Both the position numbers and the translations under genes were made by a program. The notes below the pieces were generated by a model that was not told where the DNA came from, made no database searches, and saw only the letters and a program-made list of their open reading frames with translations. This document shows positions 47,210 through 59,428 of a DNA stretch of 64,000 nucleotides, piece after piece (the stretch's first letter is position 1; the number at the start of each line of letters is the position of its first letter). This DNA comes from Klebsormidium nitens. Lineage: Eukaryota > Plantae > Klebsormidiophyceae. The DNA lies in NCBI GenBank assembly GCA_000708835.1, contig DF237174.1, forward strand, positions 1 through 64,000, given 5' to 3'.

Positions 47210-50200
47210 TTATCCTGGGCTACATTCGGCATGCATGACCTGCTCAGGACGCTTGTCAGCTTTCTCGAGCAGTCTCGGGCCTGATAACTTCAAGAACATT
47301 GCCCCAAGCGGTGCGGTGAGGATCACCGAGAGCATCCCTATCGCGAAAACCTGCAGCCACCATGCAACGGGTCAGCATATCGTTGTGACTCGCACAGCAA
47401 GCATTTATTCTACGAAATCTCCTGCAACCCTCAAACATCTGCGTCGAGCCTTCCAGCAGATCGCAACAGGTGGAGAAACGTCCACAGGAAGACGCAACCC
47501 CTTTTCTATCTGGATGTCAACAGTCCAAATACAGGGAATTGTTAGAAGAACGCCTTGCTGCAGATTTACTTTCGGCGGAGCAAATCCCGCTACCGCTTCC
47601 GTCGCAGTTGCTTACCGTCTCCGCATATCCCGTCAGCTTCGGGTCGTTCTTGCCCGCCACCTGCGACAGCGCCTGCGGGGCGAGCGCCGCTTGGACCGTC
47701 GCCTTGGGCAGCCACGCGAGCGCCAGAAACAGCCGCTCCGATGTGTTCAGAGCGGTGCCGACGGTGGATCCGACGGTGACGATTGCACGGGCGATCGCAG
47801 CGACCGGGAGAATGATGACGCCGCGCCACAGGAAGCTCCCCTTGAAGTAGCTGACGTCGATCTGGCTGCCGATGACGCCGAAAAGCAGGGGCTGCGCCAG
47901 AAGCGCCCACGTGTACAGCAGGTAGAGCTTGGGCTTGCTGGAAAGATCGCGACCTGTGAGGAGAAGCAGTGCAACGTTAGTATGGGCAGAGGCGAGCAGT
48001 CCAGACGATCAATAAACGAGCTTGGTTTGGAAGACGACAACTCAGATGACCGATGCAAGCAACCACCGAAAAGTGTGATGCCAATTGCCCTTCAGCAAAA
48101 GACTCTTGCAATCGTCATCAGGCTCAATCCGTTGAAGCTTCGTTTGCGAAATAGGCAACGGGATCAGCGGGACGTAAGCCGAGGGCCTTAGCTGAGCACT
48201 CGCATCTCACCCCATCCCTGTCCTGCAACGGCTCCCAAAAGGACCACTGCCAGTGCTCCCGCTCCGCTGTACTTGATCTTCTGGCCGCCCATGATGCACC
48301 ACAGTCCGAATCCAAGCACGTACGCCGTTCGCATGAGAGCCATCTTGACACCGTCCCCAGGGGGGAGCGGTGGCAGCATCTTTTGGGGCTGGATCTTGTC
48401 CTTGATGGCTTTCAACACCTGTCGGAAAGTGCGTTCATTGAGGAGCTTGAAGAACCGGGATACTTTTATGAATCTTTTCCCCGGATCATTAAGGTGATTG
48501 ATGGGCCAAGACTCTTCTTAAGGCACGTACTAACCCTTCAAGAGCCAAGCAAAGAAGTGGCTCCGACCAGTCAAGAAAACAAGCGCGGTTCGATAAAGGA
48601 GAAGCTTCCCAGCTTGGAAAAGGCTGCCTCAACAGGAAGGGTGCTGTGCGGAGGACGAAGTCGAGGAATTAAGAAGAAATTCTTGTCTTGGCGATGTAAA
48701 CATGGCACCAAGAAGCATCCATGTCTTCTATACATTCCAAAGTCCTAGACGATACTACTCAGACAGACCGGAATATGTCACATTTCGAAGGCAGATCATG
48801 AAGAGTAGAACCCAAGCAGATTTGCAAGCTACCAGATGGCACACGCACCTTTGTTGACCCGGTTTCAACGTCGGACCCTGGGTTGGAAGCTGCGTCAGTG
48901 GGACCAGCCACAGGAGGGGAGCTGGTACTCGTCTTCTGGCGCCGATGTACGGAGTTCCCATTCTCCGTGCGATGTTGACTGGCCCTCCGTTTCAGCATGC
49001 TGTCCTGCCGAGATATCACTCCTGCGCACGAGTCGGGTACCATCCGCTTCAGTGGTCTCAATGCTACTGAGGGCCGCTTTCACCGTGGGCGCTTTTTGGT
49101 TTGTTGCGTCTTCATGCACGGATACGAAGCTTCCCACTCCTCTGATTCTCCAACCTTCGCCAGACGCCCCAAAAGTGATCCTCACTAGAGCTTTGATGAA
49201 TCAGTGGACACGCATGCACCAAGACGGTATGCACGTAACCCCACAGAAGGTCAGACAGGCAAAGGTGACCTCTGCAGAAAAACTTCGTTCCTTAACAACA
49301 AGCAGCACCCATTAGAGGAAGAGCTTGTTTGTGGAAGCGAAGAAAACTCGACACAAGCTTATCCAGCAAAGTCTGAGCGACTTTTGCACCGTGCTGCATA
49401 AATCAGCAAGAAATATGCAGATATTCATGGCGCTGCTCTGACGGTCGATCGATGCGAAACCACGATATAGGAAATAGCAAGATTCAGTGGACAAACCATC
49501 TTTCTGAAAAGCAACCCGTCCTCGTTCGAGCCTCCGTGTCAAACAACTCGACAAAAGGCTTCACTTTGAGGCAGTGATCTCTCACCTGGAGCGCGGCTTC
49601 TTGGAAGCAGCAGAATTGCTCCAAAACCAAGCCCAACGCCGATAGCGATGCCCATGGCGATCTCGATGGGTGCTCGGAAGATGGACATGACCAGTTCCGA
49701 TTTCGAGAAGATGATGTTGTTGAAAACAGCGTTCCCTGCACAGAAGAAATGCAAGGTAATGAACGTGTAGGCTGGAGCGATCGGACTCCTTCAGCAAGTA
49801 ACCTCAAATTCCTTTTTAGCAGCATCTTTGCTCGACCTAACTTTTTACTCTGTGGCTTCCGATCAGCGAATTGACAAACGGAGCAGAGCGTTCCGGATGA
49901 TAATCCGTTAGCAGCCGAGGCAGGCTTGGGCAAGGAGGGGCAGCGTCTTGCACGCAACCAGCAATAGCACGTAGACAAAAGTTTTGAGAACGTTTTCGAA
50001 TGGCTCACCGATAATAACGGAGAGACAATCATCCACAGCGGCTACAGCCAAGACCAGAGATGGGATGCCCTTTGCCACACCGAAGCCTTCATCCTGCAGT
50101 AAAAAGGGTGCAGGATTGGCAGCCTGCTCAAACACTTTCAATTTTAACAAATGAGCTGATTGCCATTTCTCGAGAGAACGAAGCCGTGTCAGAGGTGCGA

Positions 50201-53200
50201 GAAGTCAGGCAGCCTGTCCAACCATTGCACTCTCTTCTCTCGACCTAGCAAGTAAGCATATGCATTAAAACTTGTGCTTGCTGAACAACGTTGGACTTGA
50301 GCATCGAGCACCGACCTGCAACGCGAGCAGCGCCGGCACAACGATGGCTGGTGCCACGCCTGCCACGATGAACCCCGTCATGAAACCCCAAGTCCAAGGG
50401 AGGGAGAAGAGCCAGACAGACATCGCTGCGAGCACGGCCGCTTCCACAACGGTCGGAAAGACGGAGCAGGCGAATGATAGCCACTTCAACCGCATCAGCA
50501 GCTTCACGTCTAGTGCGATTCCGGCCCTGAGGAGAATCGTGCACAGGCCGAACTCGCGAATGAAGGCCGAGACTTCGTGAGGGATAACACGTCCCGCTTT
50601 GACGCCTGCACAGAGCGAATGGACAAGCGTTGCAACTTCTTGGGGATGAAATTGATGAGGGCAAGGAAACAGGTTTGCAGATACAAAGTGTAACAGAACG
50701 TCACCGTGAAAATTGGGGCCAGCCGCATATTGAATGCATATCTATAGTCAAAAGCCACCTGCCAATGCAGTGGCATCTAGTTAGTGCTCGAAGCCTTGAA
50801 GTTGGTACTTACCGGGAATGTAGCGACAAATGAATCCAGCAATGAGCATCCCGACCAAACTGCATGGCAAGCGTACCAAAATCAACAGAGGCATTGACGT
50901 CACGTAAGTAGCTACTAAGTCCCCAAAGCTTTCCAGATCGAGAAGATCTGAGCAAGAGGGAATGTATCAGACCGAAGCAGGGGTGATCATATCAGTGACA
51001 CTCATCTGCAACACTTTGTAACTGCAAGCTTGCGAGCGGTTATCCAGGTCAAAAGGTCCAGTCAAGGTCATTCTGATCGTACATAATGCTAGACAGCCAG
51101 ACAACCAAGAGATCGCTTTATAGAATGGAGCAGCCTGGATATCACTTACGGATGCGTTCCAACTCTCGCTGCCAATTCCCCAAACACAACAGTTGCCAGG
51201 TAGACAACGACTAGAGAGAAAACGGCCTCGTCAGGAGCAGCTGCATGGCCGATTGCCAGCCAGAGGCAGCAGAGGAGGACACCAGAAAGTACGGCCAGGG
51301 TCAATAGGGCCTGTAGACAGCCAAGGCAGATGAATTAGCAGGAAAGTGAAGCTTACTTCAAAGATCATTACTGCAGAAGCTGACGAAGTATGGATCGGGC
51401 AGTGTGACTGAACCAAAAGCAGAGCCTCTTGAGAAGCCAAAATGAGATTCAGTACATGCACTGCATGAAGATTCGCAACTTAGTGCAGGGTGTCGATGCT
51501 TGTCAGAAGTTGGTCCTGAACTGACTTGCCTCGAGTTGAGCTGCCAGTTGAGAGTGTGGCTGAAGGAACTTCCTCCACACTCGTTTCAGTGCGGGTAGCT
51601 TTTCATGTCGAGGTACTTCAGCCTGTACATGACGCATCATGATCAACGAATTTAGAGCAGCACTGTGAACGAATGCAGGTTCCTCACTTTGTAACACTGT
51701 TCACTGTCTGAGAAAGAGAGGCTCCAGATCCTATGTATACTCAAGAAGCCTTCACAACAAACACATGAGGTGCAAGTTTCAAAACTAGTGCACCAATCAT
51801 GAGCTTTCCAGGACCTTCGAATCCCAGTCAAAAACCAAAGCAAGGCTGAGGTATCTTGTCGATTACCAAGCCCTTGAAAAGTTGAAAGGGAGTCGACCTT
51901 GATAAGATTGACTTCTTGCCTGCTTTGTCTTCCTGTTTTGCTCTTCCCTCGGTTCACCAGCCTGGCCATTCACCGTCTGCAACAAATGCACAATTGGATG
52001 AATCAGCTTGGTTCCCCTTCTGTTTCTGATTAAGGAAGTTCATCAAAAGCACCTCTTACATTGTCATCAAGGCCGCCTTGCTTGTTCTTGCCATTTCTGG
52101 GTACAATTACGCTCACTCACAGGTCAATGACGACTGGCAGAGTGGGCTCAACACCACTGGACCTCAGAGATGGATCTTCGACCGGATAATTGTCATAGGT
52201 GCCGAGCCGCTTCGGATCTGCAAAGTACTATGGAGAGTCTTGAGTAAATGCAATACCAAGATTGGACATACTTGTTGGTGCTCCATGCACAGACTACCTT
52301 TCGAGTTCCTTATCAACCCCTTCACAGAAACTTCTGAACGATATGATTCCACCAATACAAGAGGCGATCAAGCCAATGAAAGCAGGTCCAGTTTCCTAAC
52401 ACAACCATGTAGTGAAGCAGTAATCTTACCTGGTATGGTTGTGGCAAGCTCTTCATTCAAAGCTTGTGCAATCGCCACATCTATGATCGCTGGCGCCCTG
52501 GATGTTACTTTTCGCGCTAAGCTTGCATGACTCTCCAAACCACGAGCTTGCACATGCGCCTCAGCCCTGTCTTGCACATGGCGCTCAACCACCAGGTCCA
52601 GAAAATCTGAATTGAACACGTTGGAGCGCAGACTGGCTGAGAGCAGTGTTGGAAACTGCTCTGCAGCAACATCGTCGTCGCTTGGACTGGCCATCTGCAG
52701 ATTGAATGCATATGATCAATCCTGCGGAGAACCAGCTTGGATCTGCAAAATCTTAGAATGGAACATGAGGCCTCTCAAACTTAAGGGCTGATTGAGCTAG
52801 AAAAACAGGAGTAAGACATGGAAGCAAAAGTGAGCCATCCAAGCTGGGATGCAAAAACTTTGCTTCTAAGACTGAGCTTGTTGATGACAAATCGATAAGA
52901 AAAGCTTCAGCCATACGCGATTGACTGGTTTTTCAAAGAAAGCACAACTGAGCTACTAGCTCAGCATTCAATTGGAAATTGACGGGAATGTCTTCTCGGG
53001 CTGAACAATTGGCAAGAGCTCAAACTCACCTGTTGGCCGCTAAGAGTCGGTAGAAACTCCGGATTGAAGACATTAGCTCGCAATGTTGCTCCAAGCAGTG
53101 CACCTTGAGTACTCTGGTAGCTGTCCGAAGGAAAGTCCTCCTCGGGTCCAGGAGAAGTGGAATCTGAGCTATCCCCATCAGGCTGCCTGCTGGAACCGCC

Positions 53201-53260
53201 TCCTCCCTGGGAAATCCCTGCTTCAAACTCCTGGTCGTCGATTGGCTCCTTCTTATCCAT
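47210..53260 (-). CDS. Na+/H+ antiporter, SLC9B/NHA-type, multi-exon, with a long N-terminal hydrophilic extension
   Basis: HPLVGMLIAGF, ILLRAGIALD, WGFMTGFIVAGVAPAIVVPALLALQ, GFGVAKGIPSLVLAVAAVDD, GAGALAVV, AQPLLFGVIG, the signature AWLPKATVQAAL, and VILTAPLGA. The N-terminal exons (52080-53260) and the exact ends are less certain. Confidence 0.9.
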
Positions 53261-54179
53261 GTTTTACAATTTGTAGCTCGGAGGGATCACCGAAGCAGCT
53301 CAGATCAGCATTCACCGTGCACAGCATTCGCCAGGAACCACGCAAGCAAATGGAGTCCCCAAGCCAACACGCGCCAAGTGGGAAGTGAAACAACTCTGCA
53401 TCAATTGACGCGGTCCTGCGTGCTTCCAAGTCTCGTTATACACAGCCCTTGAAGGTTTTTTGGTCAGCAGGAATCAAGCAGGGCGCAAAGCGGCGTGCCT
53501 CTTTCAATTGCAGCAGAAGCCAAGTGCTGATGTTGACACCTCCCATCATAGCACTACGTTTATAGACGCTGTCAGAGTCATGCAGACTGGCCAGCCTGGT
53601 GACTGCAATGGCATTCATGCAGAAGAGAAGCAGCGCCCCATTTCGGAAGTTGGCGCTGCATTGCATGCTAAATGTTGGCATTTTAAGTGTATAGGACTGT
53701 CCCAACTTGACCCTTATAATATAGGTAATAATTAATATGAAGTCATGCAGACGTACATACTACAGTTGCCAGGAGCTGTTAAAATCAGGGTCCCAGACAG
53801 AGAGAGAATTATTGACGCTGACTCGTATAACCCCGGTGTGCCACAGCTCAGAATCTGAGCCCATATGCCCACACATGCCCATTCGCCAAGACCGCACGTT
53901 CGAATATTACTACCACTGGCATTAATTGCTTGCCCGTCACATACTGGTCAAATTCGAGCGAAGCGAAACCCTAAAAGCTCCTCGTATGTCAACTTCCAAG
54001 TTCAACTTCAAGTTCAAGTCCTGCCTGCTGTGCAGCCTACCGTAGATGCTGCATGACAGCAGATTCCTTGGTCAGCGAAGCGAACACGACAACAGAGTTG
54101 AGATGGCGCCCTGGTTGCTTGTCCATTCCTTCTTCGCCAGCTCGTCTCGACTTCTCTGAGTTGATTAGCAGTTTGCAAC

Positions 54180-57100
54180 ATGGTAGAGAGCAAGAGTGAA
54201 AGCTCTTCACTGCCACGGGGCCCGATTCTTGCCCTGGCGGGGGTGTTCATGACAAATGCTCTCTCCAGTACGGTTTTGCTGCCGTTTGCAGCTTTCATGG
54301 TAAGTTTTATGGGTTTCTTACGGGCTCTGTTTTTGACTTGAAAGTGAAGCATATTCTGTTCGCAGCATCATCTGCTTCGATAAGATTGTCAATCAGGCCT
54401 CCTTCCAGAGTTTGGCCATGCAGATTGAGAGGAAAGTTTCAACTTTTCCTCTTTTGTTTTCCCCCGCAGGTCGACAGTTTCCATGTCACTGACAACAGAG
54501 ACAAGCTGGGCTACTATGCTGGCTTCCTTGCCAGCAGCTTCAGTTTTGGTCTCCTATGCTCCAGCATCTTTTGGGGGTGAGCGAACACCTTGCTCGGCGG
54601 AAAAGAGCAGGGGCCGCCACCGTAATAGTACTTGGATTTGTGTCCTTGATCTCTTTAAATGTTGCACGTTATAGATAGCCTGAAGTCAAAGTGCTACGTA
54701 GAAGCTGCGCCCCGCTAATATCAATCGCCAGCAGCTTGATCTGAATGCTTCTCACCCTCTAAAAAATTCCCAAACTCTACCACTGATGTATCTTTCTGGC
54801 TGTGAGAACAGAGAGGTTTCTTTTGGACATGGGACGTATCCTGCTTTTGACTTTCTACTCCGCTGCGGCTGGAAGAGGAACTTTCCCTTGGACATGCTCA
54901 GTATGTCTGTGTGATGAACCATCATGCACATGAAGTCACCAGCTGTAAAGCACAAAGTTGTAGCTTGTCGTTAGACCCCCCTGTTCCGGAATCCAGACCT
55001 GATGATTTGTTATTCGTTCTGCAGGATCCTCTCTGATCGCATAGGCAGGCGCCCGGTCCTCCTCTTCGGACTGGCCACCAACTTTGTCTGCGCTCTCTCT
55101 TTTGGCTTTGCGACAAGCTTTCGGATGGCAATCTTGACACGGTTTTTTAACGGGCTGCTGACGGGAGTGAGCGGGGTGGGGAAAACGTGAGCCAACGGTC
55201 CTCGCACTTTTTCACTGGCGTCACGGGTCCCCCAAGTCTGGTAATTGAGTCCATTCAGATGTGTTCATCTGTGGCACTGAAATGAAATCACTTAATCAAC
55301 GCGCAGAATTTGCAGGGTGCTGGTCTGACTTATGTGCGGTCATAGTCCCTGGATTGAGGATTTGCAGGCATCAAGATGCCTGAAGGAAATTTTGAATCTT
55401 CATGGGATCTTCTTCTGAGTAGCCTCTTGTTGTCTGTATGCAGGGCTGTTTCAGAGATCACCAACTCGAGCAATCAAGCAGCAGGGTGAGTCAAAACTTC
55501 GATTGAGGCCTAACGGTCTTACGGTCAGGTTTTCTCTCTTAGCAGGTCGTGGCAGATAAACGTTTATGAGTGCACGGTCAGGTTTTCTCTCTTAGCAGGT
55601 CGTGGCAGATAAACGTTTTATGAGTGCAAGGTCTGTGCGGAGATGGGGCCAGGTCTTCTGGTCGTGTATGCAAGGTCGAATCAGCAGAGACCTGTTTCTC
55701 CAGTCTTTTGCACAGAACCTTATCTGTGGAAGCGATTCCGCATCTAAGCTTCTCAAGCACCATTGACGAAGTTGTGAAGCCCAAGCCTTAGACAGCACGA
55801 TCAGAGCAACAGCGTTTGACAGAACTTTTGACCGTAAGATCTTGCAATCCAGGGCATGGCATGGCATGGCCTGCCGTTTTCGGTACTCCTTGGACAACAA
55901 ATCGTGGCAGCGTCTGCTCAATGTGAAATGACGACGAACAGAGAGGAACGCGAAGGGGAAACTGCAAAATGCGTAAGGAAGGTTCCCTTCCTAGAAGAAA
56001 TCGAGAGGACAAATCTAACACCTTCCTGTCACAGGTTTTCTGTCATTGGCGTCTGCTGGGGCATCGGGCTCCTTTTCGGGCCGGCCCTCGGGGGTTTCCT
56101 CTGCCAGCCCGTTGACAAGTACCCCTTCATCCCAATCTTCCATAAGGGATCCCTCTTCGACCAATTCCCATACGCTTTACCATGCATGGTCCTGGCGGCT
56201 CTGACGGCGGTCGGGTTTCTGATCGTGTTCCGCTATCTGCCCGAGACGAAAGGCCTGGCGAAGGCTGCCGAGGAAGAAGCAAGCGCAGACGAGGGGAGAA
56301 GTTTGGTGCCTATGCCTCCGGGGCAGGACTCGCATGAGCGGAAACGGTTTCTTGAGGGGGGCCCTGGGGCGGAATCTGAGGGGGGGAACGTGTGGAGCTC
56401 GGCAGAGCTGGGGGAAAGGGTTCAAATGGTGGATGGTACGGCAAGCGGAGATTACCCGGTTGTGGGTGATCTGAGTGAAGGGGCACGAAAGCCGGAAGGA
56501 AAGCGACGGTGCCGCCAACTTTTGGAACTAGGGGGCTCAGGAAGATTGTTGGAGACCGACGGGATTGATACTTGTTTGCTGCGAGAAGGGAGTGGGAGCG
56601 ACTATCAGTCAAAGTCTAGGAGAGCCAGTTTTGAGGTGACGGCGCTAGCAGTGGAATCTGCGGGGGTTGGCTTGCAGGGAGTAGGAAGAGTAACCCCGAG
56701 CCACGATCAGCGGACGTATAACGTGTTTAGACCTAGTGAAAGCGAGCGGGCTTTGGAGGAGGGAATGGTGGAAGAGTCCTTGCAGAGAGTTGGGAGCAAG
56801 AAGGGCGGAGTTTTGTCGAGTTTGCGGGGTTGGCTAGTCGGGAAAAAGAGCAGGCAACCAGAGTATAAGCGCTTGGATTCGCATGTGGTTGTGGGCTCGG
56901 ACAGCGAAGCCGAGGATGATCCCCCGGGTCCCAGCGCCCTTTCAAAGCTCCTCGCTCCCCGTAAGAAATCTACAGATGAGCGGGGGTCGCTCATGCGAGC
57001 GATGTGCGAAAAGGAGATCCTGGTCTGCCTGATTATCTACTGTATGTTGTCGTTCACGTTTGGGGCGTTCGATGAGGTCTTCCCGCTGTGGAGCCTCAGC

Positions 57101-59428
57101 GATTGGCACTCTGGGGGGCTGAACTTCGGGACGAACAACGTGGGCATGGCGCAGACCGCGGGCGGTGTCGCACTGATTCCTTTTCAGGTGAGCAAATGCA
57201 TACACAATTTTCTGATAGGAATCCAAGCTAGCAAAAGCTTTTTGAGATTTTCTCCGACAGTGGAGGTCAGCAAAGGCGCACAGAGGCGTTTGTCCGAAAC
57301 CTAGGTAACATTTAGAGGATGTTGTCCAGTAATCCAGGTTAGCAAAGGAATATAGACACTTCGGTCCGATAACCCAGGCTAGCAAGGGCGTGTAGAGAGT
57401 CCTGCCCAAACTTTTGTTCTCCTTTGGCGCATAGCTTTTCAGAGTCTAGAGTTGTTCAGGTGAGCAAGGGTTTTGGAAGGTCTGACACCAAGAGTCTTTC
57501 TTGTTTGCTAGGCTTCAGAATGAGTAGGCATCAATGTTTAGGCGTTTCGCTCCTCTTGTCGCTCCTCTTCCCGTTTGCTTTTCGGTTTTTCGATGCACGC
57601 CCTGAATATAGCCGCTGTGACGTGCAGACTTTCTGAGCTCTTATCTGCCTTTGATTACGGAATCGCGCTTCATTTACAGTCGCTGCCTCGCTTCGTTTGC
57701 AGTCAAATTACTGTCCACGCTTCCTGCCTGCATCTCAGCTTTGAGATCTTCGTCGTCCGGAAGTTTTGAAACGACGAATTGACAAATACCTGACTTCGAG
57801 GCACCGCCTCAGCAAGCCGCCTCGAAACTCAGGATTGGGACGCTCATGAGTTGTGATGCGGCACCTTGCCAAGCCACATTGATCGCACAAATTTCTCATC
57901 TTGGGTTGCCAAACAGCAGAGTCAGCATGAGAACATAGCGACACGGCGGCTCGTAAAGAAAGCCCGCATAGCCCTATCCTTTTAGATCATGTAGAATCAC
58001 GGAACGATCAAGGGTTCTGCTTGCCTGACGAACTCATCGCAATCTAATTACCCAAGTCTCTCCCTCACGTGTCTTTCCAACTTATGAGATCTCGGAAACA
58101 GTCGTCCGGCACAATCTGAGTAGAATCCGTCTCTTTTTTGCTGCAGCTGTTCGTATACCCGTGGCTGGCCAAGCAGGTGGGGCCGCTGAACACCATGCGC
58201 ATTGGCATGGGCACCGGCGTCCTGCTCGCGTTGTTTCCGCTCATCCGGGTCGCCGGACACAACCGGACGCTCGTACAGGTGGCGGCCAGTGGCGCCATGA
58301 TGGTCCGCAGGTGGGCGGACCGTCCGACATTCGTCCCTCACAATCTAGTTCGTTTTTTGAGCTGGCCGTTTTAGCAGACTCTCTTTGGCTTTGGTCGATG
58401 GCGTTTTCGGCGATTGAAAAGGAGTGCGATGGATAAAGTCTGTCCTTTACCAGAAGTTTCAATCGCGACCCTCGACTTGCGGCGTTGTCAACTCGCCGCT
58501 GTTCTGACCAATTTGTGTCCGGTTTTTTCAGCCCGCGTCGCTATACCAGGAGTCCGTTTGTGCTTATTACAGCTCCTTGTTCAGTCTCCAAATTTTCCCG
58601 TTTGTCTTCCCGTTTCGACCAGCCACAGTCGGCTTGTTATGGCACCCTAGTCGTGCTTAAAAAGACCTGGAAACCATGCAAGCTTGTTGGAGAAGAGGAT
58701 TGAGATCGTTTGACGTGTTGAGGCCTGCTTTCACAAGGACCGCTGAAGTACCGTTCGTGGAGTTGTACCCTTTTCTGACAAGCGGTCGACCCCGGACATG
58801 CGTTACATGCCTCTGTGAGCCCTATGGTTCGCAGATTGATCATCAAACGGCCAAAGACTGTGCTTTTACGCCTTTTGTTCAAGGAACTTAGTTAAGGGCG
58901 TATCACGTTTATCTCCCCCGCGTGCTTTCGTGGCAGGTGTCACTTTGCTTCTGTGGCGACAACCCAGATTATTCGTCCTTGAGATGCACACTCTCATTAA
59001 GGTAACTTCTGGTCTGAAGTAACCGAGGGTGACTTCATTATTGACGCTCGGGCAGAGGTCAAACTCAGCCGAGCTAGGTGACCGCTGATTTGACAACAGA
59101 CAATTATAAACCCTGCCTTTCTGTTGCGTGCAGCGTCTCCTCGCTCTGCATCTTCACGTCCATCTTCATCCTCCTTACCAACGCCGTCAGCGATCCGCAG
59201 CACCTGGGCGGCATGAACGGAGTCGCGGCTTCCGCTGCCGCTGTGAGCCGGGCCGTTGGGCCCACTGTGGGCGGGTCCGTGTTTGCCTGGAGCGTCGGCC
59301 AGCACGGGATATTCCCACTCGATTACCACCTCGCGTTTGTGAGCACAGGCGCAATTTTGACCGCAACGCTAGTTGTCTCCATACTCCTGCCAAGTACCAT
59401 TAACGAGCGGAAATTTGTAACGGGTTGA
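54180..59428 (+). CDS. ZIFL: MFS transporter, Zinc-Induced-Facilitator-Like, 7 exons
   Basis: LSSTVLLPFAAFM|V..DKLGYYAGFLASSF..SSIFWG|ILSDRIGRRPVLL..RFFNGLL, SEIT..NQAAG|FSVIGVCWGIGLLFGPALGGFLCQP.DKYP..FDQFPYALPC, EVFPLWSLSD...GGLNF, and LTNAVSDPQHLGGMNGVAASAAAVSRAVGP. Confidence 0.93.
55521..55627. repeat. 53/54-bp tandem duplication in a ZIFL intron containing acceptor-like sequence
   Basis: ACGGTCAGGTTTTCTCTCTTAGCAGGTCGTGGCAGATAAACGTTT(T)ATGAGTGC occurs twice. Confidence 0.95.
57183..57470 (+). repeat. Degenerate ~39-bp-period array built on the ZIFL 5' splice site
   Basis: A CAGGTGAGCAAA-like core recurs at A positions 57186, 57225, 57264, 57303, 57336, 57376 and 57458. 57455-57467 is an exact 13-nt copy of the true donor. 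Confidence 0.75.

Noticed and set aside
47235-48191. 318-aa plus-strand ORF
   Set aside because: It is antisense to GC-rich antiporter exons and has no recognisable domain.
48755-49190. Coding-looking hydrophilic ORFs inside an antiporter intron
   Set aside because: I could not find splice sites with consistent phase, and there is no homology; unresolved rather than supported.
6525-55627. Short repeats resembling CRISPR units
   Set aside because: There are only 2-3 adjacent copies inside introns, with no unique spacers and no cas genes, in a eukaryotic context.
1791-59428. Possible lignan/phenolic biosynthetic cluster (dirigent-like, O-methyltransferase-like, GH31, MFS transporter)
   Set aside because: The genes are spread over >55 kb and interleaved with housekeeping genes (ARG1, RRP36, SEC20). 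The methyltransferase belongs to a broadly conserved plastid family, and there is no laccase, P450 or reductase.
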